This document shows, piece by piece, positions 48,166-59,267 of a stretch of DNA of 64,000 nt. Below the pieces are notes generated by a model that ran no database searches, was not told where the DNA came from, and worked only from the letters and a program-made list of their open reading frames with translations. This DNA comes from an uncultured Gemmatimonadales bacterium (lineage in GTDB: Bacteria; Gemmatimonadota; Gemmatimonadetes; Longimicrobiales; RSA9), in NCBI GenBank assembly GCA_963783305.1, contig CAWAMW010000002.1, forward strand, positions 768,001 through 832,000, written 5' to 3'. The translations under genes were made by a program, and so were the position numbers. The stretch's first letter is position 1; the number at the start of each line of letters is the position of its first letter.

Positions 48166-50163
48166 TCAGGCCCTGGCGTGGGGCTTGGTGCGGTAGAGCT
48201 CGGCATCCGCGGCGCGCAGGAGCGCCTCGGGGTTGCCCATGTCCGGCGCGAACTCCGCGAGACCGGCCGACACCTTCAGGGGACCGTGGCCGAGGGCTGC
48301 CACGCCGAGGTCGAAGCGGTCGCGCACCCGCCGTATGAACGACCGGGCACCTTCCGCATCGGTGTCCGAGAGGATCGCGACGAACTCATCGCCGCCATAT
48401 CGAGCCGCCACGTTCATGGCGCGCATCTCGTTCTGGAGCGCCCGGGCAAACGCCTGAAGCGCCTTGTCCCCGGCCACGTGGCCGTAGGTATCGTTGTACT
48501 CCTTGAACAGGTCCAGGTCGAAGATGACGGCCGTCAGGTCGCGGCCGCGGAGCGCAGCGGCGAACTCGCGGGGCAGATCGCGCTCGAGTTGGCGCCGGTT
48601 GGCGAGTCCGGTGAGGGGATCCGTCACGGACATGACCGTCACCTGCTCGAAGAGGCGTGCCTGCTGAATCGCGATGGCCGCCTGCTCGGCCAGGGCTCCC
48701 ATGAGCTCGAGCTCCTCCGCATCGAACGGCTCGCTCCGAATGCAGGCGAACAGCGCTCCCAGCGTTTCACCCCGGAAGTGGATGGGCGCAGCCGCCACCG
48801 GCCACCGTCCCAGGAACGACAGGCTCTGAGGCTGGATGAAGGGATCCCGGGAGGGGTCGGCGCTGGCGCGCGGCTCTTCGTGCCGGACCACCCAGCCGGT
48901 GAAGCTTCCCTGGAGTGGGAAGCGCAGACCGATCACGTCGCCGGGCAGCCCTACCGCCGATCGCGTCTCGAGGGACTGGCCGTCGGCCGTGAGGAGCTCG
49001 ATCCCGGCGCCCCTGGTGCCGAAGACGGAGCGAGCGGACTCGGAAATGACCCGAAGAGTCTCATCGAGCTCGGTGGTGCCGGCGAGGGAGTGGGTGACCT
49101 CCACGAGGGCCCGGGTATGGGCAAGCTGCCGACGCCGATCGGCGTCCCTGTCGGCAATGTTGAACGCCTGCCCCGTGCGGACGGAAAGGACCAGGGCGAG
49201 GGCCGTAACGGCGATGACGGTCTCCAGTCGGGGCGGCCGGCCCAGGCCCATGTCGAGTACGGCCAGGGCCAGGAACAGTGCGGCGGCCGGCACGAGCATT
49301 TTCCGGATCGCGTCGGGTCCCCGTCTGCGCGCCAGCATGGCGCGCGCGGTTGCGGGCACGAGGCGAGCGGTGAACCCGGCCATCGCGAACAGCAGCCAGC
49401 CGGCCAGCTCTATGTAGTCCGACGGCTCGGTGATGGTGTAGCGCGGCGTGCCGAGTCCCGTCAGCGAGAGAAAGGCGGCGAGAGCGAACGCGAGCGCCGC
49501 CGCCAGCAGGAGCGAGGCGGCCCAGGGCGAGAGGGTCCCTCCCCTGCGGAGCACCAGCTGAGCCGCCAGGAAGACAGGAATAACGGTCAGTGCCTGGAGT
49601 GCGGCCAGGATCGTCGGCTCAACGCCTCCACCCGGGAGCCGCAGGAGGGCGGGCTCCGCCACCAGCCGGAGCGAAGCGGCGATCAGGGCCAGGAGCAGGA
49701 GCGTGGTGTCGGCCGCCAGGCGCGGCGTCCAGATCCTCCGCCGGCGCGAGCCGGTGGCCAGGGCGGCGCCGAGGGTGATGGCGACGGGGGGCAGCAGAAG
49801 CAGGTACCCCGACAGGGGCATGATCCCCTCGAGCGTGGCGGGCGACTCGTAGGACCACGCGAGGTGTCCGGCGGCGCCCAGGACAGCGGCTGCCTGGAAG
49901 GCCCGGAAAGCGGTGTTCGCGAGCGACTCCGCCCGCCGAGCGGCGTACCCCCAACCGACCGCGGCGAGAACCGGACAGAGGACCCAGGGAAGGGCGCCGA
50001 GGCTGGACGAGACGGAGCCCGCCAGCAGGAGCGGGAGGTAGGCCAGGAGAAGCAGCGTGATCGCGGTGCCCACCCCCCACCAGAGGCCGCCTGACCGCCA
50101 GCGCGAGGCGATGTCATGAGACGGCCGGTGGACCCGGAGCGTGCCGGGCAGCTGAACACCCAT
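48166..50163 (-). CDS. Membrane-bound GAF-GGDEF diguanylate cyclase
   Basis: Multi-TM N-terminus, GAF, TDPLTGLANRR, DLDLFKEYNDTYGHVAGD, RYGGDEF. Confidence 0.92.
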   Translation of the reverse strand: MGVQLPGTLRVHRPSHDIASRWRSGGLWWGVGTAITLLLLAYLPLLLAGSVSSSLGALPWVLCPVLAAVGWGYAARRAESLANTAFRAFQAAAVLGAAGHLAWSYESPATLEGIMPLSGYLLLLPPVAITLGAALATGSRRRRIWTPRLAADTTLLLLALIAASLRLVAEPALLRLPGGGVEPTILAALQALTVIPVFLAAQLVLRRGGTLSPWAASLLLAAALAFALAAFLSLTGLGTPRYTITEPSDYIELAGWLLFAMAGFTARLVPATARAMLARRRGPDAIRKMLVPAAALFLALAVLDMGLGRPPRLETVIAVTALALVLSVRTGQAFNIADRDADRRRQLAHTRALVEVTHSLAGTTELDETLRVISESARSVFGTRGAGIELLTADGQSLETRSAVGLPGDVIGLRFPLQGSFTGWVVRHEEPRASADPSRDPFIQPQSLSFLGRWPVAAAPIHFRGETLGALFACIRSEPFDAEELELMGALAEQAAIAIQQARLFEQVTVMSVTDPLTGLANRRQLERDLPREFAAALRGRDLTAVIFDLDLFKEYNDTYGHVAGDKALQAFARALQNEMRAMNVAARYGGDEFVAILSDTDAEGARSFIRRVRDRFDLGVAALGHGPLKVSAGLAEFAPDMGNPEALLRAADAELYRTKPHARA

Positions 50164-50273
50164 GGTACAGCTTCTCCTGTGGTGAGCGGCCGGGGAGAGG
50201 GGTCGGTCGGGGATCGTGAGGATCGCACTCTATATACGCCACGCCCGGCGGCGCAACAAGGAGCGGCGGTGCG

Positions 50274-51741
50274 CTATTCGCCTCCGTGTTTCCCGGCGAC
50301 CGTGGCCGCGGCCTCTGTCAGCAGTGCCCAGGCCCGCGCCACATGCTCTTCCCGCGTGCGCAGGTTCCCGATCGCGAGCCGGATCGCAAAGCGGCCGCGC
50401 ACACGCGTATGGGAGAGGAACGCTTCCCCGCTCCGGTTCACGCGATCCAGCACCTCCTGGTTGAGCGCGTCGATCGCCTCCTCATCCTGCATGTGATCGG
50501 GGCGGAAGCGGAACACCACCACTGAGAACGTCACGGGCGCAAGCAGCTCGCACCCGGGGTCGTCGTGCACCCACTCGGCCAGGGTAGCGGCGAGCCGGAG
50601 GTGGTTTCGGAGCGCATTCTGCGATCCCCCGGCGGCCGAAATACCGCAGGACGAACCAGAGCTTGAGCGAACGGAAGCGGCGTCCGAGGGCGACGCCGTA
50701 GTCCATGAGGTTGGTGACGTCGGTCTCGCCCGTCTCCAGGTACTCAGGGGTGAGACTGAAGGCCCGGCGCATTACCTCCGGATGTCGGGTGTACGCGGCG
50801 GAGCAGTCGATGGGCACGAACAGCCACTTGTGAGGGTTCACCACCAGCGAGTCGGCGCGTTCGCAACCGTCGAGTACGTGCCGCAGCTCGGGGACCACGG
50901 CCGCGGCGCCACCATACGCGGCGTCCACGTGCAGCCAGACTCCCTCCGAGCCACATATGTCGGCGATCGCGGGCACAGGATCCACCGCGGTCACCCCCGT
51001 GGTCCCGACCGTGGCCACCACCGCAAGGGGCCGGAGCCCACGGGCGCGATCCTGGCGAATGGCTCTGGTCAGCATCTCCGGCGACATCCGGAACGCCTCG
51101 TCCGTGGGGATCCGGACCACGTTCTCGGACCCGAGCCCGAGGGTGATCGCGGCCTTGTCCACGCTGGAGTGCGCCTCCACGGACGCATAGACCCGGAAGG
51201 GCGCCAGGTCCTCCCGCCCGGCCATGCCGCGTGCTCGAATGTCGAGGCCCGTGGATTCCCGGGCGGCGGCGAGGGCGTAGAGCGTGCTGGACGACGCGGT
51301 GTCGTTGATCACGCCATGGAACCCCTCCGGGAGGCCGATCATCTGGCGTAGCCAGTCGAGGGTGACCTCCTCCAGCTCCGTCTGGGCGGGACCGCTCTTC
51401 CATAGCATGGCATTGACGTTCAGCGCCGCCGCGAGTGCCTCGCCCAGGATCCCGGGCGCCGAGGCCGTAATGCCGAAATAGGCGAAAAACGCCGGGTGGT
51501 TCCAGTGCGTGGTGTTGGGGACGATGAGCCGGTCGTAGTCGTCCAGAATGCGATCGAACGGCTCCGGGGCCTCGGGGGGGTGTTTCGGCAGGCGGCTCCG
51601 GATGGCCCCGGGACGGATATCCGGGAGCACGTCTACGGCGTCGGGGTGGGCGAGGTAATCAGCGATCCGATCGATCACGGCCCGTCCGTACGCCCGGAAC
51701 GCCTCGTCCTCCATGTCGACGCCTTCACGATCCCTGGTCAT
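50274..51741 (-). pseudogene. PLP-dependent aromatic-L-amino-acid decarboxylase, frameshifted (pseudogene or sequence error)
   Basis: THWNHP.FFAYF, AHSSVDKA, WLHVDAAYGG, NPHKW, LGRRFRSLKLW. The C-terminus continues in another frame after about 50618. Confidence 0.85.
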
Positions 51742-51871
51742 CCGGTCGCTCCTGGACCCGCGGTTCGAAGGCGGCCACCGTGCGGCAGGGCTCTTTACGC
51801 GACGCGGTCGGGAACCCACCTTGCCGGTGGGATCGGAGCACGACAGTCGCCCTGAACACGGGAGCCGAACG

Positions 51872-52417
51872 ATGGACGATACGCCTGGGGCCGGCACCGC
51901 CGCCACCCCGACCGGAAGGAAGCGCGGCAGGGGCATGCTGTGGGGACTGCTTGCCGTAGTGATCGCTTTTTCAGCTGGCTTCCTGTGGCAGTTCTACGAA
52001 GCCACCACCGTGCGCGACCAGCTGACGACCGCGGAGCAGGAGCTGGCGATGGAGCGGCTTCGTGTCCACCTCGGGCAGGCCGCCCTGGCCGCACAGTCCG
52101 GGAACTACGAGTTGGCGCGCCAGCAGATGAGCGGCTTCTTCGGCAAGCTCGAGGATCTCCCGGCGGGTCTCGACCCGGCGCTGGTCGGCGTCTCGGACGA
52201 CTTCCTGAACATGCGCGACGAAGTGATCACCGGGCTCAGCCGCTCCAACCCGGAGTATGCGGACGTCGTCTACGGGATGTACGAGAACCTGAATGGCGCC
52301 ATCGATCGGGCGATCGGTACGACCGGCGGCGTGCCCGCGACTCCCATCGGCGCGCCGGCGCAGGAGGACGAGAGGGGCATGAGCCCGGTGGACAGTGGAC
52401 CGGGAGCGGGCGACTGA
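51872..52417 (+). CDS. Hypothetical single-TM helical protein
   Basis: RKRGR followed by a TM helix, then coiled/helical domain; GGGAG RBS. Confidence 0.75.
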   Translation: MDDTPGAGTAATPTGRKRGRGMLWGLLAVVIAFSAGFLWQFYEATTVRDQLTTAEQELAMERLRVHLGQAALAAQSGNYELARQQMSGFFGKLEDLPAGLDPALVGVSDDFLNMRDEVITGLSRSNPEYADVVYGMYENLNGAIDRAIGTTGGVPATPIGAPAQEDERGMSPVDSGPGAGD

Positions 52418-52459
52418 GGCGCGGCAGGACGCCGCGAGTGGTATCCCGCGACGGGGGAA

Positions 52460-53305
52460 TCAGGATACCGGTCGGACGCCGCCAACCCCTTCCGACTCGA
52501 TCGCCGCCTTCATGGCGCGGTAGCCTTCCTCGATGAAGTAGTCGACGGCGTCGAAATCGAACGTCGAGTACTTCGCCACGTCCGGCCGCACATGCACGAC
52601 CCGCGGCCCCATCCACATGTCCTCCACCACCGCCCGGTGGGCAAACGACATGATGTCCATGACCCGGTGCTGAATGGCGATCAGCCCCTTGTCCACCGTG
52701 TCGGCGGCATCCCGCTTTCGACCGGAGGAGGCGTGCACCGCCAGGATGAGGTCCGCCCGCCGGTCCGCCGCCTTCGTGACCGGGACGGCGTCCATCACGC
52801 CGCCGTCCACCAGATGCATGCCGTTCACCGCCAGGGGCGGATAGAAGGGCGGTAGGGCGGCTGAGGCGTAGATCGCATCCACCAGCGGCACGTCGGTCCG
52901 ACCGCCCGCACCGAACCACACGGTCTGGCCGCTCTCCAGGTCCACCGCGTTCACCGTCAGCGGGATCGTCAGCTCGCTCCACTCGGTCTCTGGGGTGACC
53001 CTGGCGATGTAATCACGCAGCGCCACGCCATGGAAGATCGACTGCTGCCGGATCCCCATGGGAAGCAAAGCCCACCGGTTCACGTCCACGATATCCTTCT
53101 TCACCAGCGCACGCGCCCGCGCCTCCAGATCTTCGGCCTCCGCGCCCCCGGCGATGCTGGCTCCCACCAGCGCCCCGATGCTGGTCCCAACGATCTCCGC
53201 CACCTCCACCCCCGCCTCGCGCAGCGCGCGCCACGCGCCCGCGTGCGCCGTCCCTTTGACACCGCCGCCGCCCAGAACCAGGACCACCCGCTCGCTCACT
53301 GTCAT
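52460..53305 (-). CDS. Patatin-like phospholipase
   Basis: LGGGGVKG, GTSIG, ASAALP, DGG. Confidence 0.92.
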   Translation of the reverse strand: MTVSERVVLVLGGGGVKGTAHAGAWRALREAGVEVAEIVGTSIGALVGASIAGGAEAEDLEARARALVKKDIVDVNRWALLPMGIRQQSIFHGVALRDYIARVTPETEWSELTIPLTVNAVDLESGQTVWFGAGGRTDVPLVDAIYASAALPPFYPPLAVNGMHLVDGGVMDAVPVTKAADRRADLILAVHASSGRKRDAADTVDKGLIAIQHRVMDIMSFAHRAVVEDMWMGPRVVHVRPDVAKYSTFDFDAVDYFIEEGYRAMKAAIESEGVGGVRPVS

Positions 53306-53398
53306 GAAGCAAGCTACACTGGCCGGGGCGGGGCGGAAACGCAGGGCTGGCCGGGTGGGCGCCCGCCCTTGCATCGGGTGGCCAGATGGGGTAGTGTT

Positions 53399-53417
53399 GA
53401 GATTGAGAATCATTATT
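53399..53417. promoter_or_regulatory. Fur-family box upstream of the suf operon
   Basis: GAGATTGAGAATCATTATT matches 15/19 of GATAATGATAATCATTATC; AT-rich island in high-GC DNA. Confidence 0.75.
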
Positions 53418-53561
53418 GGTAAGGCGCCCGCCGGAACAGACGCCGGGGGGGCTTGTTCTGTCGGACGCCACGGCGCGCCCGCTCGGAACGGGGGGTGGTC
53501 GGGCGGGTAGGGATGGGCGGCGGAGAACCGGTAGAGGCGAACCTCGAACGCGAACGAAGAC

Positions 53562-54335
53562 ATGGCGATCCTGAAGATCGAAGACCTGCATGCGCGGGTG
53601 GCGAGTGAAGACGGTACGGAGATCCTGCGCGGAGTGGAGCTGGAGATCGAGGCGGGGAAGATCCATGCGATCATGGGTCCGAACGGCTCGGGCAAGAGCA
53701 CGCTGGCGAAGGTTCTGGCGGGGCATCCTGCATACGAGGTTACGGCGGGCAGCGTGACGTTCGATGGTGAGGATCTTCTGGAGCTGGAGCCGGACGAGCG
53801 TTCGCGCGCGGGTGTGTTTCTGGCCTTCCAGTACCCGGTGGAGATCCCGGGAGTGTCGATTGCCAACTTCCTGCGTACGGCGGTACAGGCGAAGAAGGGC
53901 GAGGAGGAGGTGGACCTGTTCGAGTTCCAGCAGGAGCTGGTGGACAAGATGGCACTGCTGGAGATGGACACGACGTTCGCGCAGCGGAGCGTGAACCAGG
54001 GGTTCAGCGGCGGGGAGAAGAAGCGGAACGAGATTCTGCAGCTGGCCATGCTGGAGCCGAAGCTGGCGATCATGGATGAGACCGACTCCGGTCTGGACAT
54101 CGACGCCTTGAAGGTGGTTTCGGCGGGAGTGAACAAGCTGCACGAACAGCGTGAGGACATGGGAATCCTGCTCATCACGCATTATCAGCGGCTGTTGAAC
54201 TATATCCGTCCGGACTACGTGCATGTGATGATCCGCGGCCGGATCGCGAAGTCGGGTGGCGCGGAGCTGGCGGAGCAGCTGGAGGCCGAGGGCTACGAGG
54301 AGTGGCGCGAGATGGAAGAGCCGGCGGCGGTTTGA
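53562..54335 (+). CDS. sufC: Fe-S cluster assembly ATPase SufC
   Basis: [45 protein letters not shown]. Confidence 0.97.
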   Translation: MAILKIEDLHARVASEDGTEILRGVELEIEAGKIHAIMGPNGSGKSTLAKVLAGHPAYEVTAGSVTFDGEDLLELEPDERSRAGVFLAFQYPVEIPGVSIANFLRTAVQAKKGEEEVDLFEFQQELVDKMALLEMDTTFAQRSVNQGFSGGEKKRNEILQLAMLEPKLAIMDETDSGLDIDALKVVSAGVNKLHEQREDMGILLITHYQRLLNYIRPDYVHVMIRGRIAKSGGAELAEQLEAEGYEEWREMEEPAAV

Positions 54336-54392
54336 GCTTTGCTGTGATGCCAAGACAGAGGGTGAGTATTTGCCAGGACAGGAGGGCGCCAG

Positions 54393-55811
54393 ATGCCACA
54401 TGATGAGACCGTAGCGAACCTCGGACTCGAGGAATACAAGTACGACTTCAAGACGGAGGACGACAAGAACGTCTTCCGTGCGGAGCCGGGTCTGAGCGAG
54501 GACGTGGTCCGTCAGATCTCGGCGAACAAGGACGAGCCCGAGTGGATGCTGGATTTCCGCCTGAAGGCGCTGGAGATCTACAATCGGAAGCCGATGCCGA
54601 CGTGGGGCGGAGACCTGACGACGCTCGAGGAGACGCTGGACAGCATCTACTACTACGTCCGTCCGCAGCAGAAGATGGAGCGGTCGTGGGACGATGTGCC
54701 GGAGAACATCAAGACGACGTTCGAGCGGCTCGGGATCCCGGAGGCGGAGCAGAAGGTGCTGGCGGGTGTGGGCGCGCAGTACGAGTCGGAGATGGTGTAC
54801 CACTCTCTGAAGAAGGAGTGGGAGGACAAGGGCATCATCTTCGAGAGCATCGAGGAGGGGCTGAGGCAGTATCCGGAGCTCTTCCGCGAGCATTTCGCCA
54901 CGATCGTCCCGCCGGCCGACAACAAGTTCGCGGCGCTGAATTCGGCGGTCTGGTCGGGTGGTTCGTTCGTTTACGTCCCGAAGGGTGTGAAGATCGACAC
55001 GCCGCTCCAGGCGTACTTCCGAGTGAATCAGGAGCGGATGGGGCAGTTCGAGCGGACGCTGATCATCGTGGAGGAGGGTGCGGACGCGCAGTACATCGAG
55101 GGGTGTACGGCGCCAGTGTACTCGAGTGAGAGCTTCCATTCGGGCGTGATCGAAATCGTCGTGAAGGACAACGCCCGGTTCCGCTACGTGACGATCCAGA
55201 ACTGGTCGAACAACATGTACAACCTGGTGACGCAGCGGGCGATGGTAGGTCGTCACGGGCACATGGAGTGGATCGACGGGAACCTGGGATCGAAGCTGAC
55301 GATGAAGTACCCGTCGTGCTACCTGACGGGCGAAGGTGCGCACGGATCGATTCTGAGCATCGCCTATGCGAGTGACGGTCAGCATCAGGACACCGGTGGG
55401 AAGGTGGTCCACGCGGCGCCGAACACGACCTCACAGATCATCTCGAAGAGCATCAGCGTGGGCACGGGGCGCTCGACGTACAGGGGTCTGGCGAAGGTGT
55501 ACGAGGGTGCCACGAACGCCAAGAGCAACGTGGAGTGTGACGCGCTGCTGTTGAACGAGACGAGCCGGACCGACACTTTCCCATACATCGAGATCGAGGA
55601 GAACACCGCGAGCATCGGTCACGAGGCCAGTGTATCGAAGATCGGCGAGGAGCAGCTCTTCTATCTCATGAGCCGTGGTCTGGCGGAGGACGAGGCGGCG
55701 GCGCTGATCGTGCGCGGGTTCATCGAGCCGATCAGCAAGGAGCTGCCGCTGGAGTACGCGGTGGAGTTGAACCGACTGATCGAGCTGGAAATGGAGGGCT
55801 CCGTTGGCTGA
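54393..55811 (+). CDS. sufB: Fe-S cluster assembly protein SufB
   Basis: [43 protein letters not shown]. Confidence 0.97.
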   Translation: MPHDETVANLGLEEYKYDFKTEDDKNVFRAEPGLSEDVVRQISANKDEPEWMLDFRLKALEIYNRKPMPTWGGDLTTLEETLDSIYYYVRPQQKMERSWDDVPENIKTTFERLGIPEAEQKVLAGVGAQYESEMVYHSLKKEWEDKGIIFESIEEGLRQYPELFREHFATIVPPADNKFAALNSAVWSGGSFVYVPKGVKIDTPLQAYFRVNQERMGQFERTLIIVEEGADAQYIEGCTAPVYSSESFHSGVIEIVVKDNARFRYVTIQNWSNNMYNLVTQRAMVGRHGHMEWIDGNLGSKLTMKYPSCYLTGEGAHGSILSIAYASDGQHQDTGGKVVHAAPNTTSQIISKSISVGTGRSTYRGLAKVYEGATNAKSNVECDALLLNETSRTDTFPYIEIEENTASIGHEASVSKIGEEQLFYLMSRGLAEDEAAALIVRGFIEPISKELPLEYAVELNRLIELEMEGSVG

Positions 55812-57120
55812 GGTTGCAACGGCCCCGAATGCTACCGAGGGCCTGATGAAGATCGACAGAGAGGGAGCGCTCGCCGGATCCGCAGGACAGCCCGACTGGC
55901 TGCGTGAGCGCCGGTCGGCGGCCTGGTCGGCATTCGAGCGCCTGCCGCTCCCGACGAAGAAGCTGGAGGAGTGGCGCTATACGGACGTGGCGCAGCTGAA
56001 GCTGGACGAGGTCCGGCTCGCGAAGCCCACAGGGGAGGTACCCGCGGAAGCGCGGTCGCTGCTGGCGGAGAAGGAAGCTGCGGCGAAGGTGTTGATGGTC
56101 GGCCCGCGAGTGGTGGATATCGAGGTCGACCCGCGCTGGGCGGAGCAGGGTGTGATCGTAGCGGACCTGGCGACGGCAGCGGCCGAGCACCCGGAGCTGG
56201 TGCGGAAGCACCTGGGCAGTGCGGTCGCGATGGATCAGGACAAGCTGGCTGCGCTGAACGGCGCGGCGTGGGCGGGCGGTGTGTTCGTGTACGTGCCGGC
56301 CAATGTCGAGATCAAGGACCCGATCCGGGTGGCGCGCTGGCTGCCGGAGAGCGGTGTGGCGGTGTTTCCGCGCACGCTCATCGTGGCGGAGCGGCACAGC
56401 CACGTCGCGTACGTGGACGAATTCGCTTCTCCGGACTTCGACGAGCCGACACTCTCGCTGGGTGCGGTGGAGGTCATTGCGGACGAAGGCGCGGATGTCC
56501 AGTACGTGGCGGTGCAGCAGTGGGGCGCGGGAGTGCGCCACCTGTCCATCCAGCGCACGCTGGCGCAGCGGGACGCGAACCTGGACACGCTCGTGGTCAA
56601 CCTCGGCGCGACCGTATCCCGTGTGGATCTGAACGCGCGCCTGGAGGGTCCGGGGGCCCGGAGCGACATGCTCGGCCTCTATTTCGCCCGTGGCGACCAG
56701 CACTTCGACCACAATACCCGGCAGGACCACGTCAGTCCGAACGCCAACAGCGACCTGCTGTACAAGGGTGCGCTGTACGACCGGTCGAAGACGGTGTTCC
56801 GGGGCGTGATCCGGGTCTTCCCGAACGCGCAGCGGACGGACGCGTACCAGACGAACCGGAACTTGCTGTTGAGCGAGAACGCGGAAGCGGTGTCGCTGCC
56901 GAACCTCGAGATCGAGGCGGACGACGTGAAGTGCTCGCACGGCGCCACGGTGGGTCAACTGGACGAGGAGGAGTTGTTCTACCTGCAGAGCCGTGGTCTG
57001 AACAAGCGGCAGGCGGAGCGGCTGGTGATCTTCGGGTTCTTCGGCGAGGTCCTGGACCGTCTACCTCTGCCGGGAGTGGTCGAGGAGCTGAAGCGGGCGA
57101 TCGAAGCCAAGATCCGCTGA
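55804..57120 (+). CDS. sufD: Fe-S cluster assembly protein SufD
   Basis: [32 protein letters not shown]. Confidence 0.95.
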   Translation: MAEVATAPNATEGLMKIDREGALAGSAGQPDWLRERRSAAWSAFERLPLPTKKLEEWRYTDVAQLKLDEVRLAKPTGEVPAEARSLLAEKEAAAKVLMVGPRVVDIEVDPRWAEQGVIVADLATAAAEHPELVRKHLGSAVAMDQDKLAALNGAAWAGGVFVYVPANVEIKDPIRVARWLPESGVAVFPRTLIVAERHSHVAYVDEFASPDFDEPTLSLGAVEVIADEGADVQYVAVQQWGAGVRHLSIQRTLAQRDANLDTLVVNLGATVSRVDLNARLEGPGARSDMLGLYFARGDQHFDHNTRQDHVSPNANSDLLYKGALYDRSKTVFRGVIRVFPNAQRTDAYQTNRNLLLSENAEAVSLPNLEIEADDVKCSHGATVGQLDEEELFYLQSRGLNKRQAERLVIFGFFGEVLDRLPLPGVVEELKRAIEAKIR

Positions 57121-57434
57121 TGGCGTTCGTCAAGGTGGCGAGTCTCGACGAAGTTCCGAAGCGGGGGCTCCTGGACGTGGAGGTAGACGGGGTGAAGCTG
57201 GTGCTGGTGGCGACGGGTGACGGCGTGTACTACGCGCTCAAGGACCAGTGCTCGCACCAGAACTATCCGCTGTCGGATGGTGATCTCCTCGACGGGGGTC
57301 GCGTGGAGTGCCAGTATCATGGGGCCAAGTTTGACGCCGCGAGCGGCCGTGCGGTCGCGCTGCCGGCGATCCGCCCGGTGAAGACGTACGAGGTGAAGGT
57401 CGAGGACGGCGAAATTCTGGTGGACCTGGGGTGA
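57120..57434 (+). CDS. Rieske-type ferredoxin
   Basis: DQCSH...ECQYHGAKFD; TGATG overlap with sufD. Confidence 0.92.
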   Translation: MAFVKVASLDEVPKRGLLDVEVDGVKLVLVATGDGVYYALKDQCSHQNYPLSDGDLLDGGRVECQYHGAKFDAASGRAVALPAIRPVKTYEVKVEDGEILVDLG

Positions 57435-57435
57435 G

Positions 57436-58728
57436 ATGAGCGATCCTGAGGGGACTGGTGGAGGCGGGGCCACGGTGACGGCGGACGCCGGTGACCGTGG
57501 CCCTTCTTCGTTCGACCCGGAAGCGGTGCGGGATCGTTTCCCGATTCTGCGTTCGTCGAACGGGGAGCGCCTGGTGTACCTGGACAGCGCGGCCACGGCG
57601 CAGCGCCCCGACGAAGTGATCGACGCGGTGTCGGCATTCTATCGGAGCGACAACGCCAATGTCCACCGCGGGATCTACGACCTGTCCCGTCGGGCGACGG
57701 AGCGGTTCGAGGGCGCGCGCTCGACGGTCGCCCGGTTCTTGAACGCGCCGGACCCGGCGCACGTGATCTGGACCCGCGGTACGACGGAGGCCATCAACCT
57801 GGTGGCCGCCACGTGGGGTCAGGAGAACATTGGTCAGGGCGACGAGATCGTCCTCACGCGCATGGACCACCACTCCAACCTGGTGCCGTGGCAGCTCCTG
57901 GCGCAGCGGAACGGCGCCATCATCCGGTACGTGGACATCGATGGCGAGGGGCGGCTGCGCGTCGACCAGTACGATGACCTGCTGGGCGAGCGGACGAAGC
58001 TCGTGGCCATCAACCATGTATCGAACGCGCTCGGAACGGTCAATCCGGTGTCGGAGATCGTGGAGCGGGCGCGTTCGGTGGGAGCCCGCGTGCTGGTGGA
58101 TGGGGCCCAGGGGGCTCCGCATATCCCGGTGGACGTCCAGTCCATGGGGTGCGACTTCTACGCGCTTTCCGGTCACAAGATGGGCGGCCCCATGGGCATC
58201 GGGGCGCTCTGGGGGCGGAAGGAGTTGCTGGAGTCGATGCCGCCGTATCAGGGTGGCGGCGAGATGATCGACGAAGTGCACGATGACTACTCGACCTGGG
58301 CCGAGTTGCCGCACAAGTTCGAGGCGGGCACGCCGAACGTCGCCGGGGCCGTGGGGATGGCGGCCGCGGTCGAGTTCATGGAGGCGCTGGGCCCGGCGGC
58401 CGTGGAAGCCCACGAACGGCGTCTGGTGGAGTACGGCCTCGAACGGCTGGGCGCCGTCGAAGGTCTGCGACTCTTCGGCCCTTCGACGCCGGATGCGAGG
58501 GTGGCGGTCTTCTCGTTCGCGATGAAGGGGGTGCACCCCCACGACGTCGCGACCATCCTGGACGCCGAAGGCATCGCCGTGCGGGCGGGTCATCACTGCA
58601 CCCAGCCGCTCATGCGCTGCCTGGGCGTACCGGCGACCACGCGGGCCTCCTGCTGGGTCTATAGCACAGAAGCGGACCTGGATCGTCTGGCAGAGGGCCT
58701 GGCGCAGGCCAGCGAGATCTTCGGGTAG
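57436..58728 (+). CDS. sufS: Cysteine desulfurase SufS
   Basis: YLDSAAT, NANVHRG, SGHKM, FEAGTP, RAGHHCTQPL. Confidence 0.95.
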   Translation: MSDPEGTGGGGATVTADAGDRGPSSFDPEAVRDRFPILRSSNGERLVYLDSAATAQRPDEVIDAVSAFYRSDNANVHRGIYDLSRRATERFEGARSTVARFLNAPDPAHVIWTRGTTEAINLVAATWGQENIGQGDEIVLTRMDHHSNLVPWQLLAQRNGAIIRYVDIDGEGRLRVDQYDDLLGERTKLVAINHVSNALGTVNPVSEIVERARSVGARVLVDGAQGAPHIPVDVQSMGCDFYALSGHKMGGPMGIGALWGRKELLESMPPYQGGGEMIDEVHDDYSTWAELPHKFEAGTPNVAGAVGMAAAVEFMEALGPAAVEAHERRLVEYGLERLGAVEGLRLFGPSTPDARVAVFSFAMKGVHPHDVATILDAEGIAVRAGHHCTQPLMRCLGVPATTRASCWVYSTEADLDRLAEGLAQASEIFG

Positions 58729-58808
58729 ACCCCGCAGGAGAACCGAATGAGCGCGCCCGATCCCGGCTATCGAAGCCTCGAACCCGAGTCCTGAATCCTG
58801 AGCCCGTC

Positions 58809-59258
58809 ATGATCGATCGCTCCACACCCGCCCTCGGTGACCTCTTCCAGGACATCATCCTGGAGCATTACAAGCGCCCACGGAACAAGGGATCGCTGGA
58901 TGAAGCTACGGTGGACGTGCACATGAACAATCCCACCTGTGGCGATGAGATCCACCTCTTCCTGAAGGTCGAGGACGGGATCGTCCGGGATGTGGCGTTC
59001 GAGGGTGAGGGGTGCTCGATCTCGCAGTCATCGATCTCGATGATGACGCAGATCCTGAAGGACCAGCCGATCGAGGATGGCCTCCGGATCGCCGAGCGGT
59101 TCAAGGAGATGATGCACGGCGATGAGGCGGCGGCGAAGGACAAGGAGCTGCGCGATGCGCGGGCGCTGGCGGGTGTGAGCAAGTTCCCGACGCGCGTGAA
59201 GTGCGCGCTCCTGGGCTGGAACGCGTTCGAGGAAGCGGTCCGTACCGACCGGGACTGA
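58809..59258 (+). CDS. sufU: SUF-system NifU-like protein SufU
   Basis: ILEHYKRPRN.G, NPTCGD, GCSISQSS, RVKCALLGW. Confidence 0.95.
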   Translation: MIDRSTPALGDLFQDIILEHYKRPRNKGSLDEATVDVHMNNPTCGDEIHLFLKVEDGIVRDVAFEGEGCSISQSSISMMTQILKDQPIEDGLRIAERFKEMMHGDEAAAKDKELRDARALAGVSKFPTRVKCALLGWNAFEEAVRTDRD

Positions 59259-59267
59259 GCGCCGGCG

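Noticed and set aside
45838..51741. Tryptophan catabolic cluster (kynB-like gene plus decarboxylase)
   Set aside because: Genes are on opposite strands, separated by unrelated genes, and no kynA or kynU is present.
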